A DNA stretch of 49,395 nt from Octopus bimaculoides (GCF_001194135.2 NC_068991.1:70216721-70266115); one strand, 5' to 3'. Shown: positions 13,941 to 27,163, counted from the first letter of the stretch. A program made the numbers and translations. Notes: generated by a model not told the origin, from the letters alone.

Positions 13941-14150
13941 ATGTGTGTGTGTGTGTGTGCGCTCGTGTAAATATATATTATATATATAAATAAACACATA
14001 TGTATATATGCATATTTATGATATATACATTCATACATATATGTCTGTTTATCTAGCTCTCTATACACACACATATATGAAATTATATATCTATAGTAAA
14101 TTCGATATATATCTATTTTAAATTATGTATATATATATATATATATATAC

Positions 14151-14181
<31 letters not shown>

Positions 14182-14273
14182 TGTGTGTGTGTATGTATAT
14201 GAGTGAGAAAGAAAGAGAGAGAGAGAGAGAGAGAGTGAGNNNNNNNNNNNNNNNNNNNNNNNNNNNNNNNNNN

Positions 14274-14304
<31 letters not shown>

Positions 14305-14566
14305 GAGAGGGAGAGAGAGAGAGAGAGAGAGAAACACAATCTTTGATATCCGGCCTTCTTGTGTACAGTGCACGAACTGTCGTTGACCGCATAAATATTT
14401 ACATAACACTATTATATTTTCTCACTCATATTTGCCGTTACTCCAAGTGTCGTCATATCCGCCCAATTCGGAGAACTTTCTTTTGTACAATCGATTACCA
14501 TCTGAAACCTGCATTTAAGAATATAGCCAGCTGAACTGCAATAATATTGCGATACTATTTCTTCCA

Positions 14567-14628
<62 letters not shown>

Positions 14629-14829
14629 ACCGCATTTTCTGCTTATGAAATGCGCTATTCTCTTCGGAAATATTCTCTCAATATCTGTCTGTAGCATATT
14701 GCACAGAAATGTGAAGTGTTACAGCATTCAAAATTTTATATGCAACCCTAAGCTCGTAATATATTTTACAGATTGATTTCATTCATATGAATTATATTCC
14801 AGTGCTATAATAAGCATAATTAGTTTTGT

Positions 14830-15001
14830 AAGGCGAAGGAGTGGCTGTGTGGTAAGTAGCTTGCCTACCAACCACATGGTTATAGGTTCAGTCCCACTGC
14901 GTGGCACCTTGTGCAAGGCAACTGTCTTCTAATAAAGCCTCGGGCCGACCAAAGCCGTGTGAGCGGATTTGGTAGACAGAAACTGAAAGAAGCCCGTCGT
15001 A

Positions 15002-15068
<67 letters not shown>

Positions 15069-15380
15069 NNNNNNNNNNNNNNNNNNNNNNNNNNNNNNNN
15101 NNNNNNNNNNNNNNNNNNNNNNNNNNNNNNNNNNNNNNNNNNNNNNNNNNNNNNNNNNNNNNNNNNNNNNNNNNNNNNNNNNNNNNNNNNNNNNNNNNNN
15201 NNNNNNNNNNNNNNNNNNNNNNNNNNNNNNNNNNNNNNNNNNNNNNNNNNNNNNNNNNNNNNNNNNNNNNNNNNNNNNNNNNNNNNNNNNNNNNNNNNNN
15301 NNNNNNNNNNNNNNNNNNNNNNNNNNNNNNNNNNNNNNNNNNNNNNNNNNNNNNNNNNNNNNNNNNNNNNNNNNNNNNNN

Positions 15381-15422
<42 letters not shown>

Positions 15423-15654
15423 TGTGTTTGTGTGTCTGTGTTTGTCCCCCCAACATCGCCTGATAACCGATGCTGGTGTGTTTACGTCCCCGTAACTTAG
15501 CGGTTCGGCAAAAGACACCGATAGAATAAGTACTAGGCTTACAAGGAATGAGTCCTGGGGTCGATTTGCGCTCGGCTAAAGGCGGTGCTCCAGCATGGCC
15601 GCAGTCAAAAATGACTGAAACAGGTAAAAGAGAGTAAAAGAGTAAAAAGAGAGA
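14830..15654 (+). mobile_element. SINE family C, full length, internal (TA)n(TG)n expanded across an N-gap
   Basis: A box TGGCTGTGTGG, B box GGTTCAGTCCC, CORE-like GCACCTTGTGCAAGGC, internal microsatellite, 3' end ggcggtgctccagcatggccgcagtc and a (TAAAAGAG)-type tail. Confidence 0.92.
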
Positions 15655-16033
15655 ATCATTTGTAGATTTTAAGTCAGCAATTTAGGATGGTTTTCCGTCA
15701 CTTGTTTTGTTTTAATGATATATATCACTTGGTATACGTACGCGTCAAAGCGTCGAAATTAAGTGTATAAAACAGTGAATTCATTAGAAAAAAGCTGTGC
15801 TCAATACTTTTAGCTTTAACTGGTAATATAGGCAACACAAAGCTCTCGCGTTTGTTAATCTTTCAACGTACAACAACGCAGAGAAAACTATGTCCAACTG
15901 GTATTATTTTTAATGCCCGTCACAAATTTTAGGTGTACGTAGGTGATTTGAAAATGTGGCCGGAGAAATTATTCCAAGCGGTTTGCTAAAATATGCAATA
16001 GTACTAGTGTGGAATCAATTCGTAGACCACAAG

Positions 16034-16417
16034 TTATTGGCACTCCGTCGCTTACGACGTCGAGGGTTCCAGTTGATCCGATCAACGGAACAGCCTGCTC
16101 GTGAAATTTAACGTGCAAGTGGCTGAGCGCTCTACAGACAAGTGTACTCTTAACCTAGTTCTCGAGGATATTTAGCGTGACACAGTGTGACAAGGCTGAC
16201 CCTTTGAATTACAGGCACAACAGAAACAGGAAATAAGAGAGAGAGAAAGTTGTGGTGAAAGAGTACAGCAGGGTTTACCACCACTCCCTGCCGGAGCCTC
16301 GTGGAGCTTTAGGTGTTTTCGCTCAATAAACACTCACAACGCCCGGTCTGGGAATCGATACCGCGACCCTATGACCGCGAGTCCACTGCCCTAACCACTG
16401 GGCCATTGCGCCTCCAC
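16034..16417 (-). mobile_element. SINE family A, full length, 13-bp TSD
   Basis: Reverse complement of the family A sequence; perfect TSD CGTAGACCACAAG at 16021-16033 and 16418-16430. Confidence 0.95.
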
Positions 16418-16896
16418 CGTAGACCACAAGACACACAAAAGAAACGAAACAAAAAGATTTATACTGAAAGAAGTAACGTGCAATTACTTCGTTGCCTTAA
16501 CAAATTGATTGCATACACTGAACTTTTTAATCGACAATCCTTTTAAATATTCTACGCGGGATGAGTGGATAAGTGCTGAAAAATGATTAAACCCAATAAA
16601 ACAAGTGGATTGTTGGTTTCTCTGTAGGGGGAGTCATCAAGGGCGGTTCAGGAATCACCAAAGAATGTGGAATCTATAAAGATAACGTTGACCCAGAAAC
16701 CAGTAACAACGTTGATTGTGTTGTATATGACAGCAGTAATAGATGTGATAATATGAATTATATCTGTTAGACATTAAACTAAGCTACAGGATCTTCAGTT
16801 ATCTGTGACAATCTACAGAAACATATTTCACATTAAAGATAAGTCTAAAAGAGGTGAAGAAATTATCTTTTTTTATTAACTTTCATTTTCACACAC

Positions 16897-16968
16897 AATA
16901 TAATGGAGTATTTGAATATAATGGTGTATTTGAATATAATGGAGTATTTGAATATAATGGGGTAGTTG
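16897..16968. repeat. 18-bp minisatellite, 4 copies
   Basis: AATATAATGG(A/T/G)GTA(T/G)TTG repeated four times. Confidence 0.9.
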
Positions 16969-18574
16969 GTACAGCACTGATCTGCATAAGATACAATATA
17001 GTTCAGTATATGTCACAGGCAGACGGCGCTTGGGAATATATTTGAAACGCTTCCACGGGAACCTGGAATGTAATAAAGCACTGTGGACAACGTTTAACAA
17101 ATGAGGTCGGCAGAAGTGTTTTTTAAATACATTATTAATTTCTTCCAAATTAAGTCTTATGAAATATATATTTATATATCATCAAAGTATTTAATTTTCA
17201 AAGTATATCTTGTTAAGTACGGGATGCCAATTATCAATTATGACTGAAACTCCAATACGTATATTTATATACAAACACATGCACAAAGGTAGGTGTGAGT
17301 ATGCATACATGAGACTTGGTGTGCACACATTCAGCAATTTTTCTGTTTCACATTTCCTGCAAAAAGAGAAAGTGCAACAATGAACAATAGACTGGTAAAT
17401 GTAGAATCACACGAATTGTGGAAGTATTGTAAAAGCATAAAAATATACTTTTCGCCTTGATATCTTCAATTTGGATTTATGAAAAAAATCATATAGTGAC
17501 ATCAAATGTAATTGGGTTCATCAAAACACCACATGTTCAAAAGAGACTGAAAAGCTAATTTCACAATGGAATATATAATACCATTTCATAAATTTATAGA
17601 TATTGTACAACCATTACTCGGTAGCAAAGGTTTTGACATGCTGCATGTAACAGCTGCAGCATGGTAAATTTATAGCACCAGAATTACATGAATATTATAT
17701 TTTCTCGTTTAAATATGTACCTTCTTCATTTCGAAACCATCCAGTTGCAGAGGCATGTCCTTTAAATTCTCACAGTACAGTTTTATAACAACGTCAGTCG
17801 TTTTTAGCATATAAGTCTCCTTGAACAACAGCTGACTCCTTGAGATTATAAAAAATTCTAGCTTCTTATTTTATTTACTTCAGGAAGCTGACAAACAGTC
17901 GTGATAAAGATTAACAAATTATTTCCGTGTGTGCAAAACAAAACTGAATATGTAAAGGCGATCCACTCGCAACAAAACCTCACATACACACTCTCTCTCT
18001 CTTTCTCTCACACACACACACACACATACACTCACACACACACACACAGCATACTGTCATTAAGTATATTGTCATTAACTGCCTCTGAATGAAGATGTTG
18101 CCAAATAGGGAATGTCTTTCATCTTTTGGTTGTAGAACACTAGGTGTCAGAAATTAACTTAGACAATATGAGTCAATGATGTCGCAAGACATACTAGAAA
18201 TAACAGTCAAATCTCTCTAGAGTAATATCAAACAATCTTATATTTAACAACGATTTCAACCTTCATTATATAGGTCCTCGCTTAAAGCTGACCTCGAAAA
18301 TATAGAAGAAACATGAAAGATCCTATTCATTCTCACACACGTGCAGGCACGCACACGTACATAAATATATAGTCTCTGATATAAGATATAAGAAGAATTT
18401 TAGATTGCCGCAGGAAATTAAATCTTAAGGATCTGCTCCACCATAATTATTTCAAACGTCAAAAGTTTACGTAGATGAGCGCCAAGTCACGTAATTCAAA
18501 CAATCTAATCAATTGCTAACACTGCAAGAAAATACTGTAACTGTCTGCGACCCGACGATATGATCGCTCAAGGT

Positions 18575-18789
18575 CTTAGCTTAGTTTTTCCTTGGGGCTG
18601 GCCAGATTGAAGTAATCTCAACTATAACCAGCCGAAATTGTAAAGATAATCAGGAACTCGACTGAGGAAAGAAAATTCCGAATGACACGTCCTTGTTTTC
18701 TTTGTATCATCTATCTGGATGTTTTGTTGTCCCTTTTTTGTATCACCTAACTGTCTGGATGTTTTGCGTTCTTGTCCCATTTTGTATTA
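18575..18789 (+). mobile_element. Third, more 5'-truncated copy of the 3821/4290 repeat
   Basis: cttagcttagtttttccttggggctggccagattg...gttcttgtcccattttgtatta(TA)n aligns to the 3' half of the other two copies. Confidence 0.85.
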
Positions 18790-19833
18790 TATATATATAT
18801 GGCTACTTGGCGCGGGTAAAATGTGAAAATGGCAGTATGAGCCATATCATAAGACTGAGCTGCGAAATACGGTGTGAGCCATGATTTAGTTGGTAAGTGA
18901 TCAACTATGTTCCCTATCTGAATATCATAGCACATTTCCTAAGGTAGCATACACATATATACGTGTTTGTGTCTTTTAGTGTGTATGTTTGTGTGTTTGT
19001 GTGTGAGTATGAGTGTGGTTATGTGTATATATAGGATTCGTTGGACACAGTGTGAGGCGACCGATGTTATCGTTAGGCCTAACTCATCGTAAAGTAAATA
19101 CCACCATGACTTATATCCAAACTACAGTGAAGAAGGCTAGCCACTGAATTTAGTTAAAAAGAGGCGATGAGCGATGGCTAGAAGTATATTGAGTTATATT
19201 TGATAATCAGTTAATTTACCAAGTGGCGCCTCATGTCAGTGAGTGGGGCCGATGCGCAATTATGCCGTCATGCGGTAGGCCCCGAAACGGCGCGCATTCC
19301 AAGTTTTCTGAGAATAATCAACTGTATTATAATATGATTCATAAACTTCAAAAAATGTCATATCTTAATACTTAAGGTTCTTTTGTAATTTGTTTTGATA
19401 TTTCATCAGGAAAACTCCGAAAGTTAGGCCTCCAACCAAACCATTCGTGATACTCTTAGAGCCAGGAACTTTTCAGCACCCCCTCGCACTAATCTTCTTT
19501 GGGTTTCTAATACTGAAATATTTATTTATCGATCACAACAATTTTTGTTTTTCCTTTTATCTGTATTCTGATATTAGGGAGATTTAACTAAGCCATGACA
19601 GGTAAGAGTTGTGCAACTAGACAAAAGGAAGTGCTCTATTTTAAAAAAATTTCACCCTGGAAAATTTTAGGCGTTCAAAGGTAGCGATCTGATGAATATC
19701 GAAAAGACAGGAAACTCGATGTAAACCATACCGAGAAATCTTAAGTTTGCATTCTTTTGTACACATACATAGTTGCCTCTAAGTAACTGTGTTGCGTTCA
19801 ATATATCTTTCTATACTGTAAGCAAATCTTAAT

Positions 19834-19874
<41 letters not shown>

Positions 19875-20306
19875 CAAACACATATACATACACATTTATA
19901 CGCATACGTACATTCGTATACGTATATATTCATTATGTATTATTGATAAATGTACATACACATATTGTAGGTGTATATANNNNNNNNNNNNNNNNNNNNN
20001 NNNNNNNNNNNNNNNNNNNNNNNNNNNNNNNNNNNNNNNNNNNNNNNNNNNNNNNNNNNNNNNNNNNNNNNNNNNNNNNNNNNNNNNNNNNNNNNNNNNN
20101 NNNNNNNNNNNNNNNNNNNNNNNNNNNNNNNNNNNNNNNNNNNNNNNNNNNNNNNNNNNNNNNNNNNNNNNNNNNNNNNNNNNNNNNNNNNNNNNNNNNN
20201 NNNNNNNNNNNNNNNNNNNNNNNNNNNNNNNNNNNNNNNNNNNNNNNNNNNNNNNNNNNNNNNNNNNNNNNNNNNNNNNNNNNNNNNNNNNNNNNNNNNN
20301 NNNNNN

Positions 20307-20344
<38 letters not shown>

Positions 20345-21357
20345 TCTTTGTACGTGCGTGTGTATGTTTATGTGTATTTATGTATAGAAGTAAGATATAA
20401 TAAATATTATAACGACATCACAGAAGTATTTTGCACATGTGAATGTATGTAAGCTTGAAAAGAAATCGTGATAAAGATGTTGATGCTTAATAGATAAGTG
20501 GAGAAATTTATTAGAAATATGTCATTTTTCTGTTTCTCTTGTATGCTTTTTTAACTGAATACATAAAATATTCAACAAGATAGAAAACTATTCAGCCATT
20601 TTTATTCTTTACTTGCCTTCATTTTCGCTTTATAGAAAGGAAAAATCAGTTTGTGGGAAGTTGAATGACATATATATGTGTTCTGTCTGTATATACCATT
20701 AATTTCATTGCAGCTTTCTCTGTATCGTATCTGGCTGAATAATATATAACCTTTTTGACTCTTTTACTTGTGTATACCTTTAAAAAATACGCTACCGGTG
20801 CAAGAAAGATGGATTTTTGTGATATATGTTGGGGATAAAAATTAGATACAAATCACAGATGCCAAAATAAATTATTCTTTGTATCAAAAAAAAAAAAACA
20901 AATCTAGAAAATATAAAGGCTTAAAAAATATAAAGAAGTATATTTTGAAATTCTCTATTAATGTAAAATAGAATTGCATAATTGGCAATTCCAAAGATTT
21001 CTTTTAATTAATTGCAAAAATATATATTTTTTCAAAACTAACTTCTACGTTAGGGACATTATACAGAGTAAGAAAAAGTTTACTTTGAGTTACATTACTC
21101 AGGCAGCGGAAGCAAAGGTTTTAGTAAATTGAAATATCACACATTAGGCATTAAGAAAGACCCCCACCATACCCACCACCCATCCAAATTGTAGAAGCTT
21201 GTTGCTACATCGTCGGCTGTAATTAAGCCTGTCCATGGTTAAAGCAAACCAAGAACACGTTCCTTTAAAACGTCTGCTTCATTTCTATAGCAATAGTTGA
21301 TGACCTTATACTAATTATCCAGTGTGCAGTTTTTCATAACACTATCATGAAATTTGA

Positions 21358-21746
21358 GTGGAGGCGCAATGGCCCAGTGTTTAGGGCAGCGGACTCGCGG
21401 TCATAGGATCGCGGTTTCGATCCCCAGACCGGGCCTTGTGAGTGTTTATTGAGCGAAAACACCTAAAGCTCCACGAGGCTCCGGCAGGGGATGGTGGCGA
21501 ACCCTGTTGTACTCTTTCACCACAACTTTCTCTCACTCTTTCTTCCTGTTTCTGTTGTGCCTGTTATTCAAAAGGCCAGCCTTGTCACACTGTGTCACGC
21601 TGAATATCCCCGAGAACTACGTTAAGGGTACACGTGTCTGTGGAGTGCTCAGCCACTTGCACGTTAATTTCACGATCAGGCTGTTCTGTTGATCGGATGA
21701 ACTGGAACCCTCGACGTCGTAAGCGACGGAGTGCCAACAACAACAA
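21358..21746 (+). mobile_element. SINE family A, full length, 12-bp TSD (1 mismatch)
   Basis: A box TGGCCCAGTG, B-box-like GGTTTCGATCCC, (CAA)n tail; TSD CATGAAATTTGA 21346-21357 / CATGAAATGTGA 21747-21758. Confidence 0.95.
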
Positions 21747-22269
21747 CATGAAATGTGAGAATATTTTGGTTTACTTCGAGTCTTTCAGAAGAAGAATATA
21801 TCGGATAATGATTAATCATAGTCAAATAAGAAGCCACAGTTACGTAAGGAAAAGACCAGTAGTTCATGTTTGAAATGCTTTTCATGATAAGACTACTCTC
21901 TCAGCACTGATCAAGGAATAAATGCCATCTACAACTTGTTTACCGTAATCTTCTTTCATTTGTTATTATATAACCAAGTAACAAATAAACTTGTTAAACA
22001 AGATAGTTTATTTATTGGAATATATGGTGTGGACGTATATATAATTGACTGCAAAACATTAAAATCCGAGGGAGCTAGCGATGTTCTACATCAGCAGAGA
22101 GTAGAGACAGAATGTTGCCGTTTGTAAGGAAATAAGTTTAAGGATCCAGAAAGAATCCTTCAATCAGAAGGTAGATAAAAATATTAAATTGCAGTTTAAC
22201 ATTTTTGTTAATATTTTTGTTCGCAATTCTTTATAGTAAAGCACTGCCTCTTATATTTCTTTTTATTTT

Positions 22270-22449
22270 GAGGGCAGGAGAAAGTCGATTACATTGATCC
22301 CAGTGCTTGATTGCTACTTAATTTATCGACCTCGAAAGGAAAAAAGACAAAATCGACCTCGGCTGGTTTTGAACTCAGAATGTAAAGACAGACGAAATAC
22401 CGCGAAGCATTTCGTCCAGCGTGCTAATAGCTCTGCCAGGTTACCGTCT

Positions 22450-22451
<2 letters not shown>
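22270..22451 (-). mobile_element. SINE family B
   Basis: Reverse complement has the head taagacggtaacctggcagagctattagcacg, a B box gagttcaaa, and the central cctttcgaggtcgataaattaagtagc domain. Confidence 0.85.
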
Positions 22452-22501
<50 letters not shown>

Positions 22502-22502
22502 T

Positions 22503-22546
<44 letters not shown>
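22452..22546. repeat. (AGT)n microsatellite
   Basis: Seen directly. Confidence 0.95.
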
Positions 22547-22547
<1 letters not shown>

Positions 22548-24045
22548 ACAAAAAAAACAATATTTTAAATAATTTCTTCATATATGCATAGAAACAAATC
22601 ATTAAAACGTGGTGCTTACAAAGTGTGAGGCGAAAGACAAGACGAAGGTATATAAAAGACGAGGGTAGGCGTATGGACGTCATATAATGAATATATTAAT
22701 CCTGTTACATACATACTTGCCCAAGGAGCTTTGCCATAATATTTAACTCAGAACCATGACATGGCAAATTGATTTTTTGAACTCCCTTACGGCTATGTCT
22801 GTCTCTTTGTTTGATATCTGAAGTGATTTGTCTTCAATTCGAAACTAAATGAAATTTAAGTTTTTTTGTCTTCGCTTTTCTTCTTTATTTTTTCTTTAAT
22901 GTTTATATCTCGCTTGTTCATTCTAGACGCACCATTCCTATGAATGTTTTCTACCAAAATAATAATAAGTTCGAAGAAGTGAATATTTTGCAGCCACGAA
23001 TCAGTGGATAATAGAAACATGTTGAATATCAGCGTCGTCATCAGCTGGCTGAATTTCTTGTGTGTCAATATATTTTGTTCCCTATGATATTCTTCGTAAT
23101 CTTTAGTAATTAGCAAAAGTTCTACAAGTCTTTCCAGCAGAAAAATATCAGTGAGAGTGAATGTGTGGACGTAATGATATTTGTGTGGTTAATATAGTGA
23201 CTTCTCAAAAATGTGCTTTCGTATTCGATCCAACTGTTGCTCCATAGCATTGCCTCGGAGAGACATATGAGCTATTATTAAGCAAAACTAGGTTGAGGTA
23301 ATTTGCGAGAAGCTCCATTGTAGGGATGGTTTAAGTTGCATCTGTAATCCATCTCCAGGTTTATCACCATCTGAGGCCTGAGTGCATTTGGCAATGTTCT
23401 CTTTTTCCTCAGATTCGGTGCCCATTTCCGATGTGTGTTGACAGCAGCTAGCCTGCCTTCTACTAGTGTCACTGGCGCTATAACAATTCATGAACATTTT
23501 CCTTCAAATGTAAATAATGTAAATAAAGCTTATAATTCTACAGTTCTAATTCTGACTCACGTTTAGACATTTTGATAATTTACATCTTTTTCTATCAACG
23601 AGAAATTAGTTAAATCGCTAAGAAAGTTGGGAAATGCAGTCGATTTCTAGTATCTTAATATTTGTTTATTATATTTTGTTTTCTTGAAGAATTATTTAAT
23701 TTCATATCCAGTCATGTTCTACATATTAGCACGTATGGTGATGTTGCAACGAAACTAAAGTCTGTAACAGAGATATGCGATGCACACAAAGGATTTGACC
23801 TTGTCTGCACATTTGCAGTACCGTCTAAATAAGGGATCAACCAATGCTTAGAAAGGAAAGCAAAAATCCCAGTTTTATTCACTTGCATGTCTCCTTTAGT
23901 TTTGACATTTCTCTAGTAGTTTCAATATTATCTCTATTTTGCAGAAAAATATATTTTAAAAAAAGACGGTAGACTTCTGAAAAAAGAGAAATATTATTTC
24001 TAAATCCCTCAAAGAGAGATATTCAGTAACGGTTCTTTAAAGTAA

Positions 24046-24371
24046 AGGCTATTTGCCAACAAAATGTGGCTGCCCTGGAACTATATATTCAAACGGTGAA
24101 TTCACCCAATCCACCTAGTCAAGCAGCCAAGCAATTACGCGGTGTTGATAAAGAGCAATAACCCAGAAACCGATCCACAGACGTTGTTTTGCGCTGGATG
24201 AGAGTGCTGAGCTCCCTGTTCGAAAACATAAGGACACAGATATTGTGTTCGAAATATAAGGACACAGATATTGTGTCATTATAGCCGACAGCTGGAAACG
24301 ATGTTTCCTGGTGCTAAACAACAGTAACCTCGTCCCTTCCAGGACAACTACATTATGTTGGCAAATAGCCT
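24046..24371. mobile_element. Non-autonomous DNA transposon (MITE), Kolobok-like
   Basis: About 35-bp terminal inverted repeats: AGGCTATTTGCCAACAAAATGTGGCTGCCCTGGAA versus the reverse complement of TTCCAGGACAACTACATTATGTTGGCAAATAGCCT; flanked by GTAA (left) and TTAA (right); internal 28-29-bp tandem duplication at 24217-24273. Confidence 0.7.
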
Positions 24372-24444
24372 TTAATTTATAATAAACTTCTGATTCTGGT
24401 CAAAAGGTTAATTCCTCACAGATAAAATTTCCTGAATATTTAAT

Positions 24445-24629
24445 ACTGGTTTCGAATTTTGGCACAATAGCAGCAAGTTCGGACGAAATCGATTGCATCG
24501 ACCCCAGTACTCAGCTGGCACCTGCTGTATCGAACCCGAAAGAATGAAAGCCCAAACTGACGTCGGTGGCATTTGAGTTTCGGAAACACATACGAAATGC
24601 CGCTAAGCATTTTGCCAGCTCACCGCCTA
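24445..24629 (-). mobile_element. SINE family B, internally deleted
   Basis: atcgaccccagtactcagctggcacc, cccgaaagaatgaaag and gccagctcaccgcct match the family B reverse complement. Confidence 0.8.
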
Positions 24630-25765
24630 AGCAGACTATTTAATATTAGTTGTCAATATGTAACCACACTGATTTAAAATAGAATTGAATGCAGACGAAG
24701 AAGAATCATATTAGCGTTTGTACTCACTCTGAACAAGAGATGAATATCTCATTGAGAAAATTTCAAAAATATTTGGTACAACATCTCAAGATCTATATGT
24801 ACTGAAACGAAATGGAATTTAGTGTATTGCTTATAAACACAGAGAATTGTCGTGTATCCATTTGAACTTCAGATTGAAGGGTTGATAAGTCCAAAACTAT
24901 AATCCGGTAAGGTATTTCGCATTTAATACTCTTGTATTCTTTTAATATACATTTTATTTTCAGTTAGTGTGTGTGTATGTGAGTGTATGTGTGTAGAGGT
25001 GGGGGTCTGATGTATCGTCCTATATTTTACTTTTGTTCATATTTCGTGAGAATAATTTATAGCTATTAGTTTTTTTATGAAGTTGTTCACAGAGAGAAAT
25101 AAATGTTTTATGTTCTCACATGACCATGTTCTTGTTATTGTTGTTCAAAAATAAATGATCAAAAAGAAAAAAAAACGGTAGCAAAATAATCAAAACTTTT
25201 TTTCCGTGTCGCTACACTAGACATCTTATAACATTCGGAAGAAAAAAAGAAAACAAAATATGGCGACCGTTTCAACAAATACATCTTAAAACATATCTAT
25301 CATGAAAACTGATGGTGTTAGAGCAAGTGAATATAAGAAGGGGGTATAAAGATACGGGTAACTGATAAATTCAGATTTACTGTTATATCATATGCTATAA
25401 TCGTGACAAAATATCTAACATAACCACCAACGTCACTCTGGTATTTCCAGCCAGCACAAGGAAAAACAAAAACCCGAACCTATGAAAGAAACCAACAAAA
25501 ACGCTGTCTTTGATGTTTTTGTCTCAGTTGTTTTGTTGCTACTGTTGTTGTTGTTGTGAGGTCTATGTTATATTCGTTGTTATTGTTGGCATTGTCCTTA
25601 CTGTCGAAGTGATGGTAAATAGCTCTTGGACTTACCATTCTGCTTCTCTTTGCTACTTCTGCTTCTTTCTGTTTCTTCTGTTCCCTAATAGTATTTGCAA
25701 TGACATGGCCCAATCGCTAGAGCGTCGCAGAAAATGTTTTGTGGTGTTTGTTGCAACTCTTTACA

Positions 25766-26130
25766 TTTTAAATTCAGATCATCTCGAGGTCGACTTTGCC
25801 TTTCATCCTTTCATTGTTCATAAAAGAAAGTACAACTTTGGCAGCTGGGTCGATAGTATCAAATAATCCCCACCCCGCTGAATTGTTGGCCTCGTACCAA
25901 GATTTGAAACCAAAGGCCATGAGATGATGGAACCCATAAGCACGTGGGGCAAATACATAGTGGCATTTCTCCAGGCTTCTTTGCATTCCAAATTCAAATG
26001 CCACTGAAGTCAACTTTGCTTTTCATCCTTTCGGAATCGATAAAATATGCAGCAATCAAGCACTGGGGTTGATGTGAACGAGTTAGCCCCTCCTCTAAAA
26101 AGTTGCTGACTTGTGTCAAAATTTAAGAGC
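25766..26130 (+). mobile_element. Two headless family B fragments (25766-25913, 25988-26130)
   Basis: gaggtcgactttgcctttcatccttt and gtcaactttgcttttcatcctttcggaatcgataaa central domains. Confidence 0.7.
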
Positions 26131-26922
26131 ATTAGATTCGTTAGCAGAATCAAAGCGTTAAAAACAAACTGGTTACCGTTTAGTTACAGCCTTTTCACGT
26201 TTTGACATCAAATCCTGTAGAGTTCAGCTTTACTTTTCATCCAAATGAGTTCAATAAATTTTGAATGTACGTTTTAATATATATCAATTTTTTTATTATT
26301 TCATTGTTTAAACGTAACTCTTGGGGGAAAAATGTTTTTTGTTTTCAGTTCTTCATTTGCTCCACTCCTTTCTACAAAACATGCAAACACCAAATTAATA
26401 TATCACTTTTATGAAAATAACTGGAACGTATGATGATAGTAGTGGAATGAAGAATATACAAAAAGCTACACGGGGGTCATAAATCGATATAAGACGTCAA
26501 TGCATTTCAGTAGCAGCTCGCCAATAGGACACGCAGAGACTTAAAAGATCGATTGATTTGGGGCTGATACCAGAAAAAAAAAGAAAAAAAAAAAAAAGAA
26601 TATTTTCTAAACTACTGGAATTTGAACTTCACAAGACAGCCTTTGTCATGGAAGATGAAGAAACATGAAAGAATGTTCAATTCGAATATTAATTCCAGTT
26701 TTCTTCGACTTGCCCTTTTTTCTTCATTTCACCTCAACTTTTTTTCTTTTTCTTTTTTGAAGAGATGATAATTTAAATATATTATGTGTTTTTGTATCTG
26801 AGCTCCTTATTGAGGCATTGACATAAGATAAGGGGAACTTTGGGCATTTTTAGACCTGGTGAAGCCCGTCATTGTAGCTGAAAAAAAGGGTGAGAGAGAG
26901 AGAGAATCGATACTGTATAAGA

Positions 26923-26995
26923 ATGGTACTTTATTTATCGACCCCTAAAGTATGACAGACAAAATTGGCCTCGATGAAATTTGAACTCAGAGCAC
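26923..26995 (-). mobile_element. SINE family B fragment
   Basis: tggtactttatttatcgacccc...tttgaactcag. Confidence 0.55.
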
Positions 26996-27163
26996 AAAAA
27001 TCAAACGGAATAATTGGAGCAAAATTACCCTTGCGTAACCCTTAAAATAAATTACATGTCTCAAGGAACCCCTGCACATATTAAATAATATACTACATCT
27101 TTCTCATATTTTTTTCATCGTAGTTCACGCGGTAAACATCATATATTTATATATATAGCCACC

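Noticed and set aside
14404-14487. Minus-strand peptide RLYKRKFSELGGYDDTW resembling a glycosyltransferase GGYD motif
   Set aside because: Weak acceptor, and the following WGGEN-type motif is absent.
6229-15518. Long ORFs of 140-390 aa in the track
   Set aside because: They run through N-gaps and (TA)/(TG)/(CA) repeats (YIYI, CVCV, HTHT).
16897-16968. CRISPR-like repeat
   Set aside because: Contiguous 18-bp units without spacers in eukaryotic DNA.
19225-19300. GC-rich stem GGGGCC...GGCCCC followed by GAAAC
   Set aside because: No CUGANGA core upstream and no second copy; possibly a transposon fragment but unsupported.
19688-19730. CTGATGA...GAAA
   Set aside because: Core words are present, but helices I and II do not pair.
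21358-21430. tRNA gene
   Set aside because: A and B boxes belong to SINE heads; there is no acceptor-stem closure, and the sequence continues into the SINE body.
23278-23500. Two overlapping 64-69 aa minus-strand ORFs in unique DNA
   Set aside because: Ambiguous frame, weak acceptors, no donor, no recognisable domain.
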